The notes under the pieces were generated by a model. That model did no database searches and was not told the DNA's origin. It was given only the letters and a program-made list of their open reading frames with translations. A DNA stretch of 64,000 bases, taken from positions 558,001 to 622,000 of the forward strand of contig JAUFOR010000004.1 of NCBI GenBank assembly GCA_040285745.1, read 5' to 3'. Source of the DNA: Barthelona sp. PCE (Eukaryota). A program made the position numbers and the translations under genes. This document shows positions 1-8,084 of the stretch, in pieces; position 1 is the stretch's first letter, and each line of letters begins with the position of its first letter.

Positions 1-228
1 GACGAACTCAACGTCGACCACGTGCCTGACAACTGGGTTGACGAGAATCGCGTGAAGCAATTCCTCACTAAGACGCTGGGAGTCGGTAGCTCCGGCATCA
101 TGGTCGAGTTTGACCCCACCGCCACCAAGAAGGCGTTCAACCATTCCACGAGAGCCCCCAAGCGCACGCACCGTCCTAAGACGCAAAAGAAGAAACAAGC
201 GTTTAGCGCCAAAGAGGAGGAGAAGTGA
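1..228 (+). CDS. ORF1 (gag-like) C-terminal fragment of the retroelement, open from window start
   Basis: Frame +1 is open from base 1 (DELNVDHVPDNW...) to TGA 226-228, ending in a basic tail. Gag identity is inferred from position only. Confidence 0.6.
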   Translation, partial: DELNVDHVPDNWVDENRVKQFLTKTLGVGSSGIMVEFDPTATKKAFNHSTRAPKRTHRPKTQKKKQAFSAKEEEK

Positions 229-1689
229 AATCGTTCGTCTCCCCCCGCGCGTGATAGTAAATATCTATCCGACAAGGGTGTGGGAGACGCAAATGATCCC
301 AATGCGGTCACAGCGCTCGCGGACAGGGTCGGCGAGCTCTCCATCGAGAACGTCAAATTGAAGAAGGAGATCAAGAGCCTCAAGAAGGAAATCCCTAAGA
401 AGCAGCTCAAAGCCGCGAAGATGGAACTTCGCGCAGCTACCAAACTCGTGGAGCTCGAAGACAAAAGACTAGAAGCCATCAAAGCTCGGGAAAGGAGCAC
501 ACAGAAAACAAAAGCACCTGAGGACGTTAAACGGGAGAAGCCCCGTAAGGAGAAAGCACCAACAGCTACTAGCGTGCAGAAGATGATCTCCAAAGAGATC
601 AACAAACTCAAACACGAGGTTGTAGATGAGCGGAATAACGTCCAAATCTCAAGAAATCCGAAGGAGGTAGTCGGCACAGACACCATGCAGTGGCCGGCCG
701 CGGCGCCACCAGTAGCTCTGCTGAAGCACCTCCCACCCGACATCTTCCAGAAGGGCGGCCCAAGTCAACGAGTACTCAAAGAGGTGGTCCTAGGGGTTAC
801 CGGAACATGGGATATCCTCGGAACAGACCAGATGAAGATCAATTCAGCCGACACGCCCACGGAACAGTTCGTGAGGGACGCCGCGCGCGTCGCTGGCCTC
901 AGCTGCGAAGAAATTGAGAAGACAGTCCGACTGCTCGTGACTGAGGGCGTAACGCGCGACATGGTCGTTATCGAAGGAAAGAAGCCTCGCAGGCAGGAGC
1001 CAGTACGTCACTGGTACAAAGACGACGCCGTCGAATTGAACCTGGCCGTAACCGCGCTCAAAAGTAAGGACCTGATCAAAGAGGTCCCCATCGAAGAGAT
1101 CGAGGACGAACGAAGGGCATTCATTTCCATCGGCGCGGTCCCGAAGAATGCAGAACCGGACTCAAACAACATGTTCGCTCCGACGCAGAAGTTCGAATTT
1201 GACGTCACATCGCCGGACAACGAGCACAGGGTTATCGTCGACTGTACTAACACGAACTCTATGTTCGCCAACATTCCAATGGAACTCATCAAAACCCACT
1301 CTCTCGAGATTGTCATGGGTGGCAATCTCATGTATTCCGTCGACGCAAAGGATGGTTTCACGCTCATTCCACTGGACGAAGAGCTACAAAAACTGTTCTC
1401 ATTTACACACGAAGGTAAGCTTTATCAATGCACTAGAATGCCGTTCGGAGTTTCATTCGGCCCGGCCATCTTCGCCCGCATGATGAACCTGGCAACGACC
1501 GCAATGCGTGCGTTGGGATTCAACATCTGGAGCTACGTCGACGACGCTTTCGGATGGGAACGATCCCTCAGCAAAGCGAGGAACTCGATGATGCTGTTCA
1601 TAATCATCGCGTCGAAACTTGGCATCAAGCTAAACTACAAAAGTCCGTCAGTCCTTCGTACAAATTGGACATCATCGGCTACACGCTGA
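229..1689 (+). CDS. Retroelement pol, N-terminal part: coiled coil plus reverse transcriptase
   Basis: Motifs AVPK, RVIVD, SVDAKDGF, MPFGVSFGP and YVDD (1534-1545). The frame is open from 229 with first ATG only at 421. The true protein continues in the -1 frame at about 1640. Confidence 0.92.
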   Translation, partial: NRSSPPARDSKYLSDKGVGDANDPNAVTALADRVGELSIENVKLKKEIKSLKKEIPKKQLKAAKMELRAATKLVELEDKRLEAIKARERSTQKTKAPEDVKREKPRKEKAPTATSVQKMISKEINKLKHEVVDERNNVQISRNPKEVVGTDTMQWPAAAPPVALLKHLPPDIFQKGGPSQRVLKEVVLGVTGTWDILGTDQMKINSADTPTEQFVRDAARVAGLSCEEIEKTVRLLVTEGVTRDMVVIEGKKPRRQEPVRHWYKDDAVELNLAVTALKSKDLIKEVPIEEIEDERRAFISIGAVPKNAEPDSNNMFAPTQKFEFDVTSPDNEHRVIVDCTNTNSMFANIPMELIKTHSLEIVMGGNLMYSVDAKDGFTLIPLDEELQKLFSFTHEGKLYQCTRMPFGVSFGPAIFARMMNLATTAMRALGFNIWSYVDDAFGWERSLSKARNSMMLFIIIASKLGIKLNYKSPSVLRTNWTSSATR

Positions 1690-4394
1690 GCACCGACGAC
1701 CAGTCTGACGGCGGCCGGCTAGTCTCAACAATTAGACCGTCGGACAAGAACATCAGAAAGATCAGAGAGATGGCTCGCGTAATGCGAAATAGAATCGACA
1801 CAGCAGAACAAATCCCTGTCAGGGACATCATGAAGCTCGATGGCAAACTTGTATCATTTGCCAACGCCTCGACGATTCTTCAGCGGGTTCACCTACAGCT
1901 ACAAGCAGTACTGAAGGATCTCGACGCCCAATACGATAACGCGATATTTGACTCGAGCAGGAACAAGGGCCTACGCCTTCTCCTACCTCTTCCACTAGCC
2001 GACGCACTCACGAGGATCGTTGAATGTAACTTTGAACCGAAGACGCTGAGCTGCGGTAGAGCTAAGGTAACATTACTGAGCGACGCCATGAAGGACCAGA
2101 AACATATAGGCATTGGAGCGAAGGCATACCCAGACGACGACCAAGAGCTCTCGTTTGAACTTCTCCACAGGATGGGAGTGAACGAGCAAGGAGCAAGAAG
2201 GATGTTGACACTTCTCGACGATCTGCCAGAACAGGAAAGAGTAGACATCGAGCAGAACACTGTCGCAACAATCGCGGAGCAGGAGATGGTACCGATCGTC
2301 GAGCTACTCAAGACTAAGGGCAGACAGCTGAGGAACACCGAAGTCGTCTGGTATTGCGACAACACGAACGTATGCGCCGCTGTCGCGAAGGGCTACAGCA
2401 AAAACAAGGTCCTCAACAAGGGGGCCCGCATAGTGATGGAGCTGTGCGAAATGTGGGACGTGATCGTCACACCAATCTACATCAACTCAGAACAGAATTA
2501 TCTTCCAGACAGCATCTCAAGAGGAGCATCGTCGGAGTCGTGGACCAACTCTACGACATTCGTGCACGAGATTCTCCCAGCTAGGGTAATCGAGTTCAAG
2601 ACATCCGTCGTCGCAAGCCTCTACGAACCTGGACACATCCCAGCACTGTACGTCCGCGGTTTCCAGCCCACAAAAGGAAAGTCCAGGAGATCAACGAAAG
2701 CCGCACATGTGACAAGACAATGTCTCGGACAAGACCTCATCTCTCTAGGCGAGTATGACCTCAAACGGAATGCGCTCAAGGTCGACAATGTGGCGAATGG
2801 GACTGCACACTGTACAGGTAAGCTCAAAATCGTCGAAGGATTCGATGACACAAGATACACCGTCCCTCTATCGAATATGGCGATCATCACGAGAGACAAC
2901 GAAAGAATCGAGGCAACAGTTCCGACTTACTCCGCAGCCACAAGCTTAGAGATAGTCATTCTCAAAGTGTGCAGAACCGGCGCGGAAGTAGATGTGATCC
3001 TCCCCGGACCACTCCCGTCTTGCCCATTGTGGGCTACAATCGCACAAAAGACCATCCCATTAAGTGACGGATCCATAAAGATAAGAGTTACGAGAGAAAA
3101 GGTTCTCGGCGGCGAATCCGAGGACTACAAGCCCGCTGGAGCACGCACTCAGAACCCGGTACAGGTACGGGGCAAATCACTATCTCTGGCAGATCTGTTC
3201 GCCATCCCACCGTCAATGGACTACGACGAAGTGCTCGAACTCTTTCTGAAAAAAGGAGCGCACCAACCAACGAGGAACATGCTACATCGCTTCGGGAACT
3301 TCGTTCAAAAGGTGCACGGCACAGAAATAGTGGACGTCGCATGCCCAGGAAACGAAAAGAGACTTGAAGAGCTAATAATCGAGTTCAGATTCAGACTCGA
3401 ACAGGAAACAAAATCGAAGAGGCGTGCGAACGGCGACACCACCGAAGTATGGAGGTACACCTCAGATACGATTAACAGTTACATTTTCCACCTGCGTAAA
3501 GGACTGCTGGTTCTGAAAATGTTCATCACCGACAAGAAATCTCTCCTCACGACCGAAGAACTCGAGCAACTCGTCCAGCTTAGGGCGGCAGTAATCAGAT
3601 GCACACTGAGCGAGAGCTCAGAAACACAGAAATTCGCCATCAGCACGTCAGCAATCAGATTCCTGGCGGCAAGAGAGATTGAAGAGCTTAAAGCACTGGT
3701 CCAGGAAGGTACCACGAAGAAGAAGGCCCTTCAGAAGCTAAACAAAGTAAGAAGAAGAATTGCTATGATGTCATCAATGTACAACTTAGGATGCAGAGCG
3801 GCGTCTCTTGCCGCAGTCAAGACCCACCAAATTGAAGTCTCAAAATCCGGCGATGTCACGGTAACGCTGGACAAAGTGAAGAACCAACAGGGTCGACCAA
3901 CCAGCTACATGATCCCCAGAAACGTATGGGAGCTGGGCACACTGCACGACTATTTAAACGACGCTGTGCAAAGAGCAAAAGAAGGAGGTAAAGAGTTTAT
4001 TTTCTCGAACGGCGGAGAAGCCCAGAGCGTCTCGAATGCATTAAACACCATGTTCCGAGATTACAACGAGAAAATCAAGCAATCTGACCACAAGAATGCA
4101 AGCAAATTCAGAGTATTCAAAATGACAGCTCATGGCCTTAGAGCCGGCAGGGCAAAAGAGATAGCACAACATCCAGATGCGACTGTACGAGTATCAGCGC
4201 AAGGAATGGGTCTCTGGAAGGATGTGAAGGCGATGAACCTTGACTATCTCACGAAACCACTATTGACGTTTGAGGAACGAGAGGTGTTGAGTCCGATGGA
4301 ATTGGAAGGATGGGTTTTAGGCCACTTCCCGGACGAAACACCCTCTACACGTGAAGGCGAGCCTTCCCACGTGAGCGTTCCCCGACGTCAATAA
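1640..4394 (+). CDS. Retroelement pol, C-terminal part: RT thumb, RNase H, degenerate methyltransferase-like region, tyrosine recombinase
   Basis: KSVSPSYKLDIIGY (RT end); RNase H LLSDA, AEQE, YCDN, NYLPDSISR; YR catalytic set GCR (~3789-3797), KVK, HGLR (4131-4142), GLW, DY (~4242-4247). Confidence 0.92.
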
Positions 4395-4410
4395 ACCTAC
4401 TTCAGTATAA
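4313..4410 (+). repeat. Direct repeat B1 (98 bp), overlapping the end of the YR ORF
   Basis: Identical to 4546-4643 (ggttttaggccac...cttcagtataa). Confidence 0.97.
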
Positions 4411-4545
4411 GGTGACATACAGGCGCTAGCCTTCAGACTTTATACTTGAGGTAGTAAACAGCGGAGGGGGACGAAGCGAACCGTCATGTGTAGTAGGTGT
4501 CCGTAGGACCCGATACGGTTTTTCTTACCTTTTTCAAAAAAAAAA

Positions 4546-4643
4546 GGTTTTAGGCCACTTCCCGGACGAAACACCCTCTACACGTGAAGGCGAGCCTTCC
4601 CACGTGAGCGTTCCCCGACGTCAATAAACCTACTTCAGTATAA
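4546..4643 (+). repeat. Direct repeat B2 (98 bp), 3' terminus of the element
   Basis: Identical to 4313-4410, preceded by an A10 tract and followed by AT-rich host DNA. Confidence 0.97.
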
Positions 4644-5145
4644 TTATTTGAAACAAAAAATTGTTTCAATATATGCGTTAAATAATTAATTTTAAATCCT
4701 ATTTAACCACAAATTTAGTCATATAACAAAAACATTTTTCAAATAACTTTTTTATCAACGTGTAATTACTATTTATGGACTAAAGTTAGTATGTATGGAT
4801 AAAAAGTCTTTATATCCCTGTAATCAAATTTTGTGTGTGTGATTGAAAATACTACAATATTTTATTGCAACTCAAATATTTCCTATCTTAATTTTTAACA
4901 ACGTCTTATATCAATTTTGATTAAACATTTTGATTTAAAACTAATTTTAAAGGCCAATAAGACTTTATAATAAATAAAATGAATCAATATTTAAATTTAA
5001 ATTTTACTTCCTATCATTAAAGAAAAAAAGTTTTTGTTCACAGTAGTAAGATAACCAAAAAATGGCACTGATCAGGACGATCCTGTAATTGATTTTGAAC
5101 AGAGAATGGAATAGAACGTATGCGGGTGTATTTCAATTTCTCACG

Positions 5146-5332
5146 TTTCCTATTTATTTTATTTGTACTATTTAGTAATTGAAATACTACTATTTTTCAG
5201 ATGTATGGATTTCCAAACTCTGAAGAAGGTACCCGTTTGCGGCACCATATCCGAACGTCAGTGATGAGACTAGGAAAAGAAAATCATCCTTATAAACAAT
5301 AGGAGAAAATGTGTATTCCTATATCTCTGTAG
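5146..5332. repeat. Duplicated non-coding module, copy 1
   Basis: Colinear blocks tttcctatttatttt..tgtactat..attgaaatacta..ttcagatgtatggaYttccaaact, gatgagact..gaaaatcat and tctctgta are shared with 7806-7980. Confidence 0.8.
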
Positions 5333-5341
5333 TCATGGAAA

Positions 5342-7474
5342 CTATTCATTATGATAATGCTCATGATAATCTGGCATGTGATACTCAAAGATGGACGCCT
5401 CTGCCAGGAAGGATGGAAGGTGGAACCTTTCCACTGTGGGATTCATCGATTCCGGGTCTTCCTCAACGTTATATGTTTTCAACACCATTGTCTTGGTCTC
5501 TTCTTCGTATGACATGTCTTGAATAACGTTGTTAGGCAGATTTGGATCGTGGCTTATCTTCATATCAGGAGAATATTGTAAATTGTTGTTTGTGTAAAAA
5601 CGCGTCTTAATTGCACATGCTTCAATGTATGCTTTAATGATACCACCCCTCACGTGTATGTATGAATCTCCCACGAAATCATTGAAATAGTTGCCTTCCT
5701 CAATTTTTTCATTCATACTATTCTGATAAAGGTGAACAGGCTCTAAGAAGCTTCCTGTTGACCAATCTAAACAGTGTAAATGTTGCGTTGTTGCAACCCT
5801 ACTGTGTGTACATACAACAAACAGCTGATGATCAGGTGTTTCAGCTAATGGACTAGGGTTGAAGTAAACATCATATAAATATTCATGTTCAAAAACAATG
5901 TGCTTTTGAACCTCCACGTCATACCCGTTGACATTAAGCTGAAAAAAATGGATTGCTTCTTCACATAAAATGCACGCTGAATTATCAAAATGTGAACCAT
6001 AAACACTTCGAATATAATTATTCGGGGGAAGCTCTAAAATCACCTTTTCTCCCAAATATATCAGTTCTGTATCTTCACGATAGTCAACATTTAAGGGCAA
6101 CCCTTGAATAAAACCGCGGTTTTTAGAACCGCAATGAGGTAAAATGGTTGTGATTGGCTTAAATTCTGAGCCGGTCCAGCATAATTTGACATATGTATTT
6201 GTTTCACTATGTTTCTCTGCCATTACAAAAAAATCATCTCCTTCATTTGGATGAACTGATAAGATCTGGCACCACACACGTGAAAACGGTTTCCTGCACC
6301 CACGCAGCACAATAAGCTTCCTTTCTTTGAAAAAAAAGTAACATCTTATTGAAGCGATATGACCATACACTTCCTCTATCCCATCAAAAAAAATGCGTTT
6401 TGGTTGAAGACTGTTCAAACGCAAAACCTCCTTACTAACCTCTCTAAATTTGATTGGGCCATAACGTCCTGTTCTTCTATCTTCACCAAATAAAACACTA
6501 CATTTACGAAAGGAACTATCATTCAAGTCTATGTGTTTCAAACTATGGCAGAGTACATTCTTAAAATTCATTTCAACCTCTGATATCTTCAATTCGCCGT
6601 TTTCGATATGAATTACCACACAACTTGATCCAAATCCAATAAGTAACATTAACAAAACATCTTGAGTAAGCGTTAATAATGCAAAATTTGAGTACATGTA
6701 AATATTCAATCCTTTAAGCTGCGGAAACCTTTCTGTCAAGTTAACTTGGTTCCTTTGACTGTCAAATATTACCAATTCATCAACTTTATAATTGTCAAAG
6801 CTAACAGAGCAAATGCAATCCGAGTTTAAACAGCTGATGTATGATAAATGAACACCACCATGTAACTGCTCAATATCAGGTTCATGTGCCTCGTCCATGT
6901 CATCAACAGAAAAATTGTAATGCCATATGAAATTATCTTGGCAATACCTCAACAAAATGTAGTTTGGAGTTCTCACCGAAATTGAGTAATATTCTCCAAG
7001 ACATCTATAATCATAGGTTATAACATTTAATATGTAGCATTGTATCAACTGCCTGTTATCAACGGTTTCTTTAATGGCGAATAATAGGTGGTTTTCATCC
7101 AACGGAACTATTCCGCTTGATAGACTCTTAATCATCGGAAACGGAAAGGGTACTATTCTTCTTGTATGTTCTTCATTCATGACATCATTAAATAATAAGA
7201 TATCAAAATGGGTTATAATACCACTGTCATCAAAAAGCTGTTCGATGATCATGTAAGATTCTCCAGCTTTTAATTTGGATGTGTATTGAAGAGGCTTACG
7301 CGTATCCTCCACATATCCAATAAAGTCCTTGCCTTCAATGGCGCTTTCAATGAGGCTGATTTCGGTGATTTCTCTTGACTTAAGCAATACTACGCCCTCT
7401 CCCTCAAATATCATCTGCCCATCAGGATAAGCCTGCATGACAAGGTCTTCCTCGAATTTACGAACCCTAGGCAT
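5342..7474 (-). CDS. Hypothetical lineage-specific protein (~710 aa, possibly beta-propeller rich)
   Basis: Long uninterrupted ORF, probable start MPRVRKF at 7474; C-terminus similar to 10059-11783. Confidence 0.75.
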   Translation of the reverse strand: MPRVRKFEEDLVMQAYPDGQMIFEGEGVVLLKSREITEISLIESAIEGKDFIGYVEDTRKPLQYTSKLKAGESYMIIEQLFDDSGIITHFDILLFNDVMNEEHTRRIVPFPFPMIKSLSSGIVPLDENHLLFAIKETVDNRQLIQCYILNVITYDYRCLGEYYSISVRTPNYILLRYCQDNFIWHYNFSVDDMDEAHEPDIEQLHGGVHLSYISCLNSDCICSVSFDNYKVDELVIFDSQRNQVNLTERFPQLKGLNIYMYSNFALLTLTQDVLLMLLIGFGSSCVVIHIENGELKISEVEMNFKNVLCHSLKHIDLNDSSFRKCSVLFGEDRRTGRYGPIKFREVSKEVLRLNSLQPKRIFFDGIEEVYGHIASIRCYFFFKERKLIVLRGCRKPFSRVWCQILSVHPNEGDDFFVMAEKHSETNTYVKLCWTGSEFKPITTILPHCGSKNRGFIQGLPLNVDYREDTELIYLGEKVILELPPNNYIRSVYGSHFDNSACILCEEAIHFFQLNVNGYDVEVQKHIVFEHEYLYDVYFNPSPLAETPDHQLFVVCTHSRVATTQHLHCLDWSTGSFLEPVHLYQNSMNEKIEEGNYFNDFVGDSYIHVRGGIIKAYIEACAIKTRFYTNNNLQYSPDMKISHDPNLPNNVIQDMSYEEETKTMVLKTYNVEEDPESMNPTVERFHLPSFLAEASIFEYHMPDYHEHYHNE

Positions 7475-7805
7475 GAATAGCCGTGATGAAGTAGGTGAAT
7501 ATTGAGATAGCTTGAATTTCTTAAATATTAGTGCTTGCACGTGGCATATACAAATGATATAATGCACCTGAAGCGTAAAAAGAAAGCGAGAATGTGAAAC
7601 AAAACTGCATTTGCATTTCTATCCCCTCACAGTTTTATTGATGTGGTTCGCAGGGCTCACGGCGCGTGAAACGTAAGATTGTTGGCACGTGAGGGCATTG
7701 GCTTGATTGTGGGGCACTTTTTTGCTGCGTTGTGGGTACGGATTGCAGATAATATATTTGAGTGTTTTGCAAATGAACTACAACCCAAATTTTATTCTTT
7801 TATGA

Positions 7806-7980
7806 TTTCCTATTTATTTTTTGTACTATCAATATTGAAATACTATAAACTTTCAGATGTATGGACTTCCAAACTTAATTCTCTGTAAAGAGTCTGTTTA
7901 CTCTCCCTTACCCCCCGTTTACATGGATGGATGAGACTCTGGAAGAAAATCATGCATCACAGCTTCTTATTCTCTGTAAT
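7806..7980. repeat. Duplicated non-coding module, copy 2
   Basis: Colinear similarity to 5146-5332. Confidence 0.8.
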
Positions 7981-8084
7981 AATTGTTTCTATTTACACAA
8001 ATATAATATTCGTACTTATTCTCTGTAAACTATCCACTAGCACATACGAGTCAGAAAAACTCTCAGAAAATCATTTTAAAAAAA

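Larger units (their letters stand above)
1..4643 (+). mobile_element. Tyrosine-recombinase retrotransposon (DIRS/PAT/Ngaro group), 5' end outside window
   Basis: DIRS-like RT, RNase H and tyrosine recombinase motifs in that order; 3' direct repeats 4313-4410 and 4546-4643; purine/GC-rich composition drops abruptly to very AT-rich host DNA at 4644. Confidence 0.93.

Noticed and set aside
226-228. Genome-wide TGA reassignment
   Set aside because: ELP3 and DBR1 end at TGA at plausible C-termini, and no conserved gene contains an in-frame TGA.
4286-4345. Hammerhead ribozyme suggested by GAGTCC...GGACGAAAC
   Set aside because: No CUGANGA core on either strand; the arms pair as a simple helix.
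4452-4475. Twister-like GTAAACAGCGGAGGGGG
   Set aside because: The other conserved twister segments were not found, and the G-run is explained by pairing to repeat B.
4313-4643. CRISPR array or classical LTR
   Set aside because: Only two 98-bp copies, both at the 3' end, with no cas genes or DDE integrase; fits YR-element split repeats.
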